A DNA stretch of 64,000 nt from the NCBI RefSeq assembly GCF_009914755.1, contig NC_060932.1; one strand, written 5' to 3'. The notes beneath the pieces were generated by a model. The model had not been told where the DNA came from and did no database searches. It worked only from the letters and a program-made list of their open reading frames with translations. Position 1 is the first letter of the stretch. Every line of letters begins with the position of its first letter. The position numbers and the translations under genes are program-made. Source of the DNA: the human T2T-CHM13v2.0 reference genome, Homo sapiens. This document shows positions 1-16,770 of this stretch, piece by piece.

Positions 1-80
1 CATTTGTGAGGGTTAAATATACTCAGTACATTTGAGTTGAATGAATGAATGATGCTGAGTCACTTTAAAGAACAAATATA

Positions 81-125
81 GCACATGTACCGTCTGAACC
101 TCAAGTAAAAAAATTTTTTAAAAAG
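81..125 (+). mobile_element. Tiny L1 3'-end fragment (old L1PA/PB/MA-type terminus)
   Basis: CACATGTACCGTCTGAACCTCAAGTAAAAAAA resembles the L1 3' terminus; flanked by the degenerate repeat AAAGAACA..TATA. Confidence 0.5.
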
Positions 126-541
126 AACAGGTATAAACACAGCCTTTTCATCTGATTTTTTTTTTCTAATTTAGTGCTGGTATAATCCTAGTTCACTCAT
201 ATATAAAATTAGGTACCACCTAGATGACATTTTAGGTGCCTTCTAGTTATACATTCTATAATGCTGATAATCTTGAGATAAGGTCTTAGAATAATAATCT
301 TAAAGTTGCAAAAAAAAATTAGTATTCTTAAAGAGTACCCTAAAAGAGATATTTGTTAATGAGATATTCTTCTTTCCTGAGCCTCTCTCTTGAACCAGTC
401 ACTATCCCCAACACAATACCATCAGGTATTAATATCCAGATGTCTGCACTGACATTGATAGCATTAGTGCAAAGGTTTTGCCAGCTGAAAATGCAAAATA
501 GTCTTTGATCAAATGTTAAAGACACATTTGGATTTCTTTGA

Positions 542-835
542 TTTTTTTTTTTTTTTTTTAGATGGAGTTTCCCTGTTGCCCAGGCTGGAGTACAGTGGCA
601 TGATCTCGGCTTGCTGCAACATCCGCCTCCCGGATGTTCAAGCGATTCTTTTGCCTCAGCCTCCCAAGAGGCTTGGGCTGCAGGCACGCACCACCGCACC
701 TGGCTAATTTTTATATTTTTAGTAGAGACAGGTTTTGCCAGGTTGGCCAGGCTGGTCTTGAACTCCTGACCTCAAATGATCCACCCACCTCGGCCAAAGT
801 GCTGAGATTACAGGTGTGAGCCACCGCACCCGGCC
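542..835 (-). mobile_element. AluS
   Basis: Poly-T followed by a reverse-complement Alu dimer. Confidence 0.95.
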
Positions 836-1104
836 TCTTTGAATATTAATATATCCTAGTAATATGAGGAATATGACCTAAAAGTAGAAATAAAGAAGTA
901 CATATACTTAACAGGTGATGAGATTTTGTTTTACTTATGCTTTACTTATGCTTTTCTCTGAAATGCCATGGGAGATTCAGTCCCTAATATTTGGCAGAGG
1001 GAGGTGATAAGGAATCCTTCTATAACTGTTGCTGCTGCTGTTTGGGCAAGTGGAATATATATACATACATTTTATTATGAACACAAATGTAAATACTGAC
1101 TTAC

Positions 1105-1402
1105 CATTGGGATGTTGGCAACTGTCTGTCAACTAAGATCCCAAAGGGATCCCGATGACTATCCAGAGATGTAGTTTATCTTTAGAGCTACCTTTCAACA
1201 TCAAGTGATATTCCAGACTTATCTACCTCTTAGCAAGAGGGAACAGTAGAATGCCCTCTCAGAGGTGCACGCCTTGGTGTGCTACGGGGAGGTCCATGTT
1301 GTGCCAGCACTATCTCTCCTCAGCCATAAGGCTCACGTTAAACTTCTCAGCCAAGAGCAGAAGATTGTGTTCCCTAAGAGGCCTCTGTTAACCATATACT
1401 AC
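1105..1402 (-). ncRNA. Candidate non-coding exon
   Basis: Minus-strand donor ATG|GTAAGT at 1105/1104; acceptor ..ttcttcacaaactgctgctcag| at 1402 (alternative acceptor at 1228); no long ORF. Confidence 0.35.
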
Positions 1403-1452
1403 CTGAGCAGCAGTTTGTGAAGAATGAAATCCAAAAAGAGCAACTAGTCAAG

Positions 1453-1479
1453 GTGTGTGAGTGTGTGTGTGTGTGTGTG
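1453..1479 (+). repeat. (TG)n microsatellite
   Basis: Direct reading. Confidence 0.9.
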
Positions 1480-2504
1480 CCTCTGGGTGGGGAGAAATGG
1501 CACAACCATCTCTTCCTAACCCACCCCTGCTCCCAGCAGACACACCCATGGTCAGCTTGGCTGTACAGGGTGGAGATGGAATCACAAAGGGTCTTGCCAT
1601 GGTTAGGACAGCTCTGAGGGAAGTAAAGGCCCTGTGTCGCTCACAATAGTACAGCCTTGCCCTCCAAGGGAAGGGAGGAATGGGTGGGCCTGTGCAGGGA
1701 GTAGAGAGGGAGGTATCTGTGATTATCTAGGGGGAGAAAGGAAAGGCTGAATGCTCTCAGTCCCCGAAGATGCAGGAGCCTCAGACAGGCTGCAAATCCC
1801 CTCCTCCACATGGTGACCACAGCCAGAACAGCCCCAGAAGCTGCAGCTCCTTCACTGCAGCTGTTCCAACACTGGGGTGGGCTCAGACCCAGGCAAAACA
1901 CCAGGTCCCAAGATACACTTGGTTTATGAAAGGCCTCCCTTCCCCTTCATGATGGGGTGCAGTGTGGGGTAGAAAACGCCCATGTCCCTGCCTCTGGGAC
2001 TGAGTCACTTGAGGATGCTGCAGAGTTACCAAAAACCTGCCTGCGCCTGGTCTCAGTAGCCCCACCAGATAGCAATTGTTATTGTGATTATTGTTCTATA
2101 GAGGAGAAAACAGTTTCAGCAAGGTTAATGGGCTTGCCCAGACAGTGGTAAAAATGACCCCTAGCTCAGGCCTCCTTAGCCAGACCTTTCTGTAATCTTG
2201 TGCTCTGTCTGTCTGATATTCTGGGGCAGGAAAGAGAAACCAGGGCAAGGGCCTCAAGACTCTCTTCATCACCAACTCCCTGCAAGTCAGTTTGGGCAAC
2301 AGCACACGGACTTGTCCTCTGCCTGGTTTTCTAGTTGAGCTGGTTCCCCATAGTATGCGGAAGCTTTAAAATGGCCCTTCAGCTGTGCATGGTGAGAGAA
2401 GGCATCTGGCAGATGAGTACCTTGCATATGGTGGAGGAGGTGAGGGGCTTAGGGGGAGGGAGCATTGCCAACCCCACCTCCTCCCAGGAGGCAGGAGAGC
2501 TCAG

Positions 2505-2740
2505 GTCCAGAGCATGGACTGTGGAGCCAGGCAGAGCTGAAACCAAGTCTTACCTCTACAATGATTAGTTATATGACCTTGAGCAAGTTATTTACTTTTT
2601 CTAAGTCTCTGGCTCCTCAACAGTAAAAAATTGGAAAAATGATGGCATCTCTCTTATGTTATTAAGAGGATTATATGAGATAAGGAATGCAAAGCACTTT
2701 GCACAGTGCCAGACCCACTGAAAGAACTCCTTAATGATAC
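2505..2740 (+). mobile_element. MIR
   Basis: MIR core TGACCTTGAGCAAGTTATTTAC and 3' AAAGCACTTTGCACAGTGCC. Confidence 0.8.
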
Positions 2741-3029
2741 ATAACACATGCCATGGAACACCCATTTATTCATTCCGCAAGAATTTATGGAAGGCCACAA
2801 CTCTGTCCAGTGGTGTGCTAAAAATTTTATACCTGGGGCTTTACTCACATAGGTCTCCTTAGAATCTAATCACACAAATAGTCCTTTATGTATACATATT
2901 GTAATATGTGCTGGTTGTATAGACATGGAAAATGGGTTTTGGTGCTTAAGTTATTTCTGCCCTTTATCTCTCCTTTATTTCCAGCAATGAGGATGTAGCT
3001 GAATGCGTATGGGACTGGAGTGAAGGCAG

Positions 3030-3185
3030 TTGCATACTAGCTGTGAACAGCTGGGCAAGCCACTTAGCTTCTCCAAGTCTCTGCTTCTCACCTGCAAAAT
3101 GGGGAGAATCACACCATCCCAAATTGCAGCAATGGCTTGGGTAAAGCACTGGACTTAGGGCAGATGCTCAATACATATTAGTTGT
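3030..3185 (+). mobile_element. MIR fragment
   Basis: CTGGGCAAGCCACTTAGCTTCTC...CTGCAAAATGGGG core. Confidence 0.7.
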
Positions 3186-3842
3186 CCCTCTACATTTCAA
3201 CATGTTTTGGTGGGATTAGGAAGTATTCACTCGTGGCCATTCCCAGCCTCCACCCACCACTCCCCCACCCCCTGCCGCTAAAGTGGACTCAAGCCTGGCT
3301 GTCCAGGCGTCTTCTCTCAAGCCAATTTGGGGCTTTGCACAGGAGATTTCAGAAAAGGGTGGAAAGAACAGTAAGAAGCTGAGGGCAGAGGCAGCTGTTG
3401 GAGGTGCTGGAGGGTTTGGGAGGAGATTTATGGGCCATGTGGGAGCAGTGGGCTCAGTGTGCGGCCAGTGCATGGGGGAGGAAACTGAGGCAAGGGTCCA
3501 CAGGAAAGAGCAGAGGCCGATGCCAGAAGCAGAGGGCTCTGTGATCTGCAGGCCCTCCCCATTGTCCTCCTTTTGCTGGTCTGCTGTGGTCTCAAAGCAA
3601 TATACTTCCCAGACTGCTTCACAGCGTGTTTCTGAAAATTAAGAGTCATTTCTTCATTCATTCATTGAGTAGCAGTTGAGCAACCACTCTGTACCAGGCG
3701 CATAAAATAATAAATTTGATCATCTCTATCAACAAGAATAACGAGGAAACAGGTTTGAGAGTAATGAGGAGGGAGCGAGAGCAAGAGAAAGTGAGTTCTG
3801 ATACATTTCTTATGCTTTTGTCAATAATTAAATCTGTCCTTA

Positions 3843-4022
3843 AGGTGGGGCACGGTGGTAGCTCACGCCTGTAATCCCAGCGCTTTGGGAGGCCGAGATG
3901 GGAAGATTGCTTGAAATCAGGAGTTCCAGACCAGTCTGGGCAACATAGCATGATGCTGTCTCTATTTATTTTTTCTTTTTTCTTTTTTCTTTTTTTGCTG
4001 TCTCTATTAAAAAAAAAAAAAA
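3843..4022 (+). mobile_element. FLAM (free left Alu monomer) with nested T-rich insert
   Basis: Single left-arm monomer with A-tail; TSD AAATCTGT(C/T)CTTAAG on both sides. Confidence 0.85.
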
Positions 4023-4856
4023 TCTGTTCTTAAGAAGCACCTCCCTGTCCTATAATTCTGCATTCTAGATGAAAGCAGAATAGAAACATCACCATTTCAT
4101 GAGGGTAGAGCTGAGCACTTGGCCACCTCATACACCAGCAAGCCCCATATACATCCACCAGAGTGTCTTCACAATGTCAAGCCCTCGTTTCAGTGTTTAC
4201 TCCTGGGCCCTCCCCTCTGCCACGCCCAGCCACCTCTTATTGGTTAGTGGGATAATAGTAACATTACTGAAAGCCTACTCCTGCCAACATTTCTGCTCCT
4301 ACCTCTTGTCAATATTAGTGTGATTCTCAACCCATCCTTTCGGAATATACCATAGTCCCTGTGCCCAGCCTTCCATTTGAGTCTGTGAGAGCTAAAGACT
4401 CAGGCACCGCTGATGTTGTGCTATTCACACACAGGCACATGCCTATCCTAGAACTGACTTAGGGGGGTTTTCCCAGATTACATTTTTACATTTAATTTTT
4501 GTGTGTTTTTTATAGGCAGATTTAGATACGGCAAGAATGTGCCTGCATGTGCACACGTGCACATATATGCAGGCATGCATGCACGCATGTACCACTAGAG
4601 TGTAAAGTATCTTTTGGCCCAGTCCCTTAGGTCACCTGAAATGCTTCTAGTTCACAGGTGCTGTGAGCGGGTCACATTCTAGTAGTGGTGCTCTAGGGTG
4701 GTTCTAGGGCCATCTTTGCTGAAAGAGCAGGACACATGGGTATTGGGCACCTGCTTTTCCTCCCCCAGAGCAGCTGGGAAGTGCTAGATTGTCCTTGTGA
4801 GAGTCTGACCTTGCCTTGGAGCAAAGAGAGATGAGAGGCTCCCAAAACACCATGGG

Positions 4857-4903
4857 AGTGTGTGCGTGTGTGTGTGTGTATATGTGTGTGCGCGCGCACG
4901 CAC
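4857..4903 (+). repeat. Alternating purine-pyrimidine (TG/CG/CA) tract
   Basis: GTGTGTGCGTGTG...GTGCGCGCGCACGCACA. Confidence 0.85.
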
Positions 4904-5356
4904 AGGGCTATTTGGTGCTTGGAAAGATTGAGCCTCAGCCTTCTGGAATGCATGTCCTACTGAGGACTTCTAGCTCTTCCTGGATCCTTATATGCCCATT
5001 TGCTATTGTAAATAGCTATATGACGTTGTGATACTATTCCAAACCCTAGTCATAGCAACCACATACCTAATAGCCAAGGGATAACCATACTATCTTCCCT
5101 TTCTGAAGAACCTTTCAGCAAAAGATTTCAGGGAATTTTACCAAGAAAACCATCCCATCCCCTCCTCCTTCCATTTGACAGGTGGAGAAGTGAGGCACAG
5201 TGAAGCCAGAGGAGCCTGGTCAGACGGTGAGTCAGAAGTAGAGCAGGGCTGCACCTGGTGACACCTATTTCCTCCCTTGTGGTTTGGCCCCTGCCTCATA
5301 GGCTTCCTGGAAAGGTGTAGCTTCTTCATGGCTTACTTGTTGAGTAAACACTGCTA

Positions 5357-6103
<747 letters not shown>

Positions 6104-6140
6104 AGTAAGCACTGTACAATTAAAAGGGCTTGTTGGTCAC

Positions 6141-6456
6141 CTCTGGTCAACCCAGCGCAGGAATTATTTGTGCTCCTCAGGGTGCACTCTCTTGCTATTG
6201 AGATCTGTTGCAACACCTTTCAGCAGTTCTTTGGCAAAATTACTGCTTAGTAAGCCCCACAATGTCACAACCCATCTTCTACCACAGTTTGTGACCACTA
6301 CTGGGATATCCGGGGCATCTATTTCATCTGGTGTCATATCATCCCATTTCCATGAAGATCAGCTTCGGCAAACTTTTTGTCCCTTGACTTTTCACGTTGC
6401 CACCAGTTTTGTCCCTGGATTCTTTTTCCCAGGGGAGCACTTTGCTCTTCCCTAAT
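6141..6456 (-). ncRNA. Candidate exon in unique sequence
   Basis: Acceptor ttgcttccaatcctttcttcag| at 6456; moderate donor GAG|GTGACC at 6141. Confidence 0.3.
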
Positions 6457-7091
6457 CTGAAGAAAGGATTGGAAGCAATCACACTTCTCCCTTTATTGAG
6501 AATAAGACTTATATTTGTCAAGGTCTCAAAAATTTAGGGTTTTATAGAGATAAGGGCAAAGAAGAAATGTTCCCAAGGATAAGAAAATAGAAGGACCTCT
6601 GATTCCATCACAACATAATCATGACATGGGAGTTCAAAACAATTGCTTCTATTGCCAACTGGTGATCATTCCTTTCCACTTTTACAGTCAGAAACTCTAT
6701 GAATATATTTTTTAAAGATAGGTGTGAGAGAAAGCAGGTTTGGTTTCCATTTTTCCTTTGGTAGATAGTAAGCTATGAATGCTTTCTTTAAGAGTATTTG
6801 TAAATGTGCCTGGAGGTTAATGAAAACTGAGAACATTTGATGCGGCAAAATAATGCCAGCTTTGTGTGTTCTCCCGGAAGTTCCCTGAGCTTGGATCTTA
6901 AGTTGGAACCATTTTCTCCAACATCTTAAAAGATTACATGACATAAAAAGCAGAGAAACTTGGTATACTCTAGAAAAGTAATATTTACAAGCAAATAAAG
7001 GAGTGCCTCAATTTATCTGTAGATAAGTGAACATTCAGAAAAAAAAATCTCTGAGGTGCTAAAACAGTTATGACAAAGCCCAAGCACTTAC

Positions 7092-7193
7092 GTATTGCTA
7101 ACTAGGCGAGCGTCCCTTCGATGATGCTTCGAGGCTATTGTTTCCACCTCATTTCTACAAGACTTAGTTATATTAGAAGTTATCTACAGTTAT
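7092..7193 (-). ncRNA. Candidate 102-bp exon
   Basis: Acceptor tctgtcttctacag| at 7193; donor TAC|GTAAGT at 7092. Confidence 0.4.
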
Positions 7194-7539
7194 CTGTAGA
7201 AGACAGATCCCAGCCAATAGGAAAGGAGCATTTGAAAAGGGGCAACATTTGGGGCAAGCAGGGATCAGATAACAGAAGTGACATCTAGGAGTGATGGCTA
7301 GAAAAGAGACAACAAATAATTACGTTTAAAGCATCATTTAAGAATGATTAACCATAACCGTAAGCATGATTTATGATGAAAGAATTAGAATATGTTCATC
7401 ATCATCCTCTACTGAACAGAGCAAGGATATATGTAATTCATTTCAGGTATTCTGTCAAAACGTGGCTAGGAAGATAGGCTGCATGTGCAAGCGTGGGAAC
7501 CACCCCCTTAAATGAAATGCGATGTTGCTCAGCAAGGAA

Positions 7540-8220
7540 GAACTCCCGAGACATCCTTCCACCGTCGTGCCAATGGAGGGCATGGCGCCGGCTTCCTTCC
7601 TGAGTCACTCACTGTTTACGGGCAGCCGCTGGCTTCCAGGCCGCGTCCCCTCCAGTAAAAAGGGGGCGTGCTTGGTAGAGATCCTTGAGACCTTTGATGG
7701 CAGGATCTGAAACAAGGCCAGGCCCCATTATAGGGCAATTACCCTTCAGGCTGATTGGTGCAGAGACGCTGTAAACGCACCTTTGCGGAACACAGACGAC
7801 ACAGGAAAGACGTTTGGCAGTAATACTACGACAGCGAGGGGCCCGGGAAGCCCGCGGAAACGCAGGAGGCGGCCAGGAGAGGCAGCGCTACGCACATCCC
7901 CCCCACCTTCGGAGCCCTGTCCTAGCTTAGGCTGAGACAACTGGGAGGGGCTGGCTTCTTTGTTCCCCTCTTTCCCCGCAACCTGCCAGAGGAAACTGGA
8001 GAGAGGGGTCCTCCTAGCTTTAGGCACACTTAAAGCAGCCTGCCAGGAAGGAAATGCGGGGGCTCCACCTTAGAGGCGGTCGAGGCCAGCGTGAAAGCAC
8101 AGGGTGGCGACCACTTCCCCCACCACCCACCCCGGTTCTCATCCCCGGCCTACCCTCCTGCCTCCTGCCCAGAGCCCAGACTACATGCAAGGCCTTGCGC
8201 CAGATCCTGGAGATGCCACG
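7540..8220. promoter_or_regulatory. CpG-rich promoter-like segment
   Basis: Local CpG retention in non-repeat DNA; AP-1 TGAGTCA 7601-7607, FOX TGTTTAC 7613-7619, TCF/LEF CCTTTGATG 7691-7699, CArG CCATTATAGG 7725-7734, NF-Y CTGATTGG 7751-7758. Confidence 0.7.
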
Positions 8221-8255
8221 ATGAAGGTGGGAGGTGACATTTTAAAATATCCCTC

Positions 8256-8511
8256 AATTCCAGCACTTTGAGAGGCCGAGGGGGGCGGATCACTTGAGAT
8301 TAGGAGTTCGAGACCAGCCTGGCCAACATGGTAAAACCCTATCTCTACTAAAAATAAAAGAATTCGCCGGGCATAGTGATGCACGCCTGTAATCCCAGCT
8401 ATTCCGGAGGCTGAGGCAGGAGAATCACTTGAACCCAGGAGAGGTTGCAGTGAGCCGAGATCGTGCCACTGCACTCCAGCCTGGGTGAAAAAGCCAGACC
8501 TTGTCTCAAAA

Positions 8512-8553
<42 letters not shown>
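8256..8553 (+). mobile_element. AluS (slightly 5' truncated) with CAG tail
   Basis: Alu dimer; tail reads CAA(CAG)10(CAA)3. Confidence 0.93.
8515..8544 (+). repeat. (CAG)10 trinucleotide repeat
   Basis: Direct count. Confidence 0.95.
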
Positions 8554-8603
8554 AGCCACAACAATACTGATGGAGGTTTTCTCCCCAGCTTCCTGTCTCT
8601 GGT

Positions 8604-9252
<649 letters not shown>

Positions 9253-9828
9253 CTCCAGGCAGCTCCCACTGAGGCAGCTCAGGTTGGAAGTCCTTGGCTA
9301 ACTCCCTTAGTGTCTCAGAAGGGAAGGGGTCTTTCCTAGCCTTTGAGTTTCAATAGTTTGGGCCTGTGGGGAAAGGGAAGCACTCTAGCAAAAGCAGTAG
9401 ATCCAAGAAGGGTCCACGAGATTTCCAAGCCACCTTCCCACCCTACCTCCCAGATCAGGTAAGGAGTCCTCAGGGTGGAGGGAGCGGGGAGAGCTCAGGT
9501 TCTGGGGAGTCCCTGAGAACATCAGGGGAAGGATATCGGGCACAGCACAGAATCTTACTGAGCACTGGGCATGTGTGCCTGGCACTGTTCTAGGCCCTGG
9601 GCTTTCAATGGTGAGACGCAGACAGAGTCCATTTCCCCAGGGTGTGTAAGACAGAGCATAAACCTGTGAACAAATGATATTTTAAAATTTCAGGCACTGC
9701 CAAGTGCAACAAGGACTCACTGATGTGTTTGTGGGACTGGACAGCACCACGTAGAGCTTGGGTCCCATTCTGCTGCCCTCCCTAAGTAAAACAGCCCAGG
9801 GTGGAGGTGGCTGTGTGATGGGTCCAGG

Positions 9829-10518
<690 letters not shown>

Positions 10519-10912
10519 CAGGCACACGGCAAAGGCAGTGCCCCAGGTCTACCTGGGTCAGCCATAGAGCAGGCAACAGAGGACCTGAGGCTGCCTAGAG
10601 AGCTGGGCCCATAGAGGCCACGTGGTCAGAGCTGGTGTTAAGAAGCAGGTGGTGAGAACTGGGGCCCCTGGAGCGACGGGGCACCCTGTGTCTAAGCTGG
10701 GGCTATGGCTCAGCTTCAGCAGATTCTTGCTGTAAAGAAACATGAGCCCGGTACTAGCAGATCTAATTTTTCAGGAGAAATAAGAAATCTGGATTTCATG
10801 TGAACTATTCCAACTTTTAAACTTTTGCATGAAAAAAGTTCCCCTGTGTAGGCCAAAGGAAAGTTATCTGCAAGCCAGATGTGGCCTCCAACTACAATAT
10901 GGAACTTGGTCT

Positions 10913-11530
10913 TGTTGGAACTCAGAAAAAAAATACCCCAAAGTAAGGGGCTTTGGCATGCTGAGAGCTTTGAACTGAAGGAAATTGGAAGTCCTCAGAA
11001 GCAGCCTCAGGTGCAAGTTCTCTCTGACCTTCTCCTGCCCTCTGTCTCTTGTCCCTCTTTTTCCCCTGAAGCAAGTCATAGAAACCAGAATTCCTCTTCC
11101 CCAAGGTGGGCAATAGAAACTAGAACCCTTCTCCCCTACAGCAAGCAGTAACGTCTAGAAAGGCCACACTCTCCCTTTTCCCTTGAAGACCCTCATTCCA
11201 AGAGGGGTCCTGCCCCACACCCGGGAAGAAGAAATGCTACACAGAGCCCAAGAAGAATCTGAGCAGATGGTCCCCCCTCAGTCCATTACCATTAGATCAC
11301 ACCCTTTTGCCCATCACATTTCTGCACTGCTGTCCCTGCTTTGTTGAACCTAAGCATAAAAATGGACCATTTTTCCTTTGGGTCTTTGGGTCTGAATAGT
11401 CCTGTGTCACATAAAACTTTGATTAAGCAAATCTGTTACGTTTTTCCCTTGTTAACCTGTCTGTTATAGAAATGTCGGCTGTGACCCTTATGATGCGCGA
11501 GGAAAGGGATCACACCTTTCCGCCCCTACA
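10913..11530 (+). mobile_element. MER39/MER39B-type ERV1 solo LTR
   Basis: TGTTGGAACTCAGAAAA..ATACCCCAAAG start; GGAAAGGGATCACACCTTTCCGCCCCTACA end. Confidence 0.8.
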
Positions 11531-12080
11531 GTAGAAACTGAGGCAGTACCCTGGGGTGACTTGTTTCCTCCACTCACCACCCTCCAGCCACCGGAAGCGT
11601 CCTTCTGCTCCTTGACCATCACCTCTGGGGACTTTGTGCACAGCTCCAGTTTGTACCCTCCCCTCTACCTTCCCCCATGCCCTCACCCTTTTGCTGGGTG
11701 ACTCCTATTTCCCCTTAAGGGCTTAGCAGAGCATTCGTTTTCAAACATTCCTTGCTGCAGCCCAGAATAAGGAATGCATTTAATATCAAGTCCCAGAACA
11801 TAAATACAACAGAGCTATTTGTTACGTAGTGGAGGATGGGGCTTTCAGAATGGAAGGTGAGCAAAAATGAGTCTAGGTAAGACTGAAAATGCAATAACAT
11901 TGTCTCAACATTAATTCAGCTACTATTTATTGAGTATTTACAGTCTACGTGGTGACGGGGACACAGGGATGAGCAACTGTACAATTATGCTTTAAATATT
12001 CCTATTTATTGAGTTCCTACTACTTATAAGGTATTTTAACTGTTTACTGACTTCAGGGATCACTGCAAGCTAACAGTCTA

Positions 12081-12438
<358 letters not shown>

Positions 12439-12738
12439 ATAGTCTTTGACTTCTAGTGTATTAATAAAATCCATAGACTATTCATGATGGTGAGTGAGGT
12501 GTTGGATAATTTCTTTTGATGATCATCACCCAGTTTCAGGTTTTAGCCCACCAAGCCATCAGGTGTATCCATTTTCAAACCTATAACCTTCTACTTAGTG
12601 TGGTTGACCTGTCTATTGTAATAGAGTTTTGCTATCCACTCACTGTTTCTCTGAGAATACTGATCCCATTTGCCTGCTTTGTAGATTATTTTACAAACAC
12701 ATATGGTAAAATTTCTGTCTTACACATAATGTAGCTAA

Positions 12739-13107
<369 letters not shown>

Positions 13108-13769
13108 TAATTAAACTTTCTAAAAGTGGCTGTTACTAGTCATTGTAACCCTTATCATTCATTTTTTAAAAATCCATTTGTTTCATTAATTTGTAAATGT
13201 ATTTCATTTATTTACGTTTTTCAACTTGTGTCTCTGAATGTAATTTCTCCTTGGAGGTTTTTCTACTGTGTCAACCCAGGGAGTCTATCCTTTAAGCTTT
13301 AACCAACATTTAGGTTTTCTTGCCATAATTAAAGTTAAAAATGTGTTGTTTAATCTGCCTTGCAGAAAAGTAGGAGCCCTGCTGGAATTCCTAAAAATGT
13401 TTTGTAATAATCTAGTTAGCGCGATATTAGACTTTTTTCTTGTGTTTATAATTTAGATTTTCTCCCCTTAGCTTTATTTCATTATGTCTGATTAAATCTG
13501 TTATATGATGCAACTTAATTTCCCAGCCTTTGTGTTTTGAACCAACATATGCTTAACTACTGTACAATTATGATTCATCCCCCCAACTTACATTAAACTG
13601 CCCCACTCTCCAGTCCTCCTGCTCCAGAGCCAACTTGGGGCATTTATGAAGCTTTGGTCTCTCTCATATGGGAGTAACAGGCCTTTAGGGCTTCCTCGGT
13701 AGGAAGTGGGGCATGTTCCATACCCACACACATACAGTGGGCACGTCCCCAAACATAGGAGGGGGTTAA

Positions 13770-14209
<440 letters not shown>

Positions 14210-15030
14210 AATCTGTGGTCTTTCTTTCCCACTCCCAGCTTCTATGTCTGTGGAAATAGGAAATGTATTAGTGGAGCGTTTACCCAGTTGTTTGAAGGGA
14301 AAGACCTGTTCAAAGGCTCCTGGGAGGAACTTAGTCATGTGGCCACACAGCTGCAAGGGAGCCTGGGAAATGTGGTCTTTGCTTGAGCAAAGACCTGCTA
14401 TCATGGAAAAAAGGGGAGAATGGATAGAGGCACAACTAGAAGTGGGCCAGAGGTATCAAGAAGCACTCCCAAGCAGAACCACAAACCTGCAGTCCAGAGC
14501 TCAGGAGGCCAACGTGATAGCTGGGAGTCAGTCAAGTTCTCAGCACACCTGCTGTCACCACTGGTGACATCTTAAAGGCACTGTGTGGCTTCTGAGGCTG
14601 CTGGAGGGAGTATTATTTTCAGGAGTCCACAAGGACCAACAAATGTGTTTCCCACTGAGATTTTTTTGAGGATTTGAATTCCTTAGCATATCTTAGGCTT
14701 TCTGGCGAACTAGGTGGATTTTAGCTGGCCTCCCTCTGCCCATGGTGACCTTATTTCCAGAACAACAAAGAAGGGCATGCATGCTGACAGGTGGCTTGAC
14801 TGTAGATCTGGATACCTAAACATTTCTGGAAATTTCAGCAAGTGTGGTCATCCTGCTGTTGCTTGTATAGTATAATTATGTCCTGCTCCTGTAATAGTCA
14901 CTGAAGGGGGCCTTTGGGATGCCTCTACTTTCCCAATAGAGCTGTTCTTCACAGAGCTCCACACCCGTTCTTGGCAAGCCACTCTTGTGCAAAAACACAA
15001 TGGCATGAAATTGTGGGGGGAAAAAAAAAC

Positions 15031-15452
<422 letters not shown>

Positions 15453-15634
15453 TCAGCAATAGAGAACAGAAAGGACACCCAGATAATTCACAGAAGATAA
15501 ATTCTTATCACTGGAGTGGCCAAGATATAATTTTCATGATGGTAAAAATATTAATCAAATCTTATTGTTTTTCAGCAAAGAAATCCAGATTCCTTACCCT
15601 GGCATTCAGGACTTTCAAAATTAAGGTCTTAATC

Positions 15635-16770
<1,136 letters not shown>

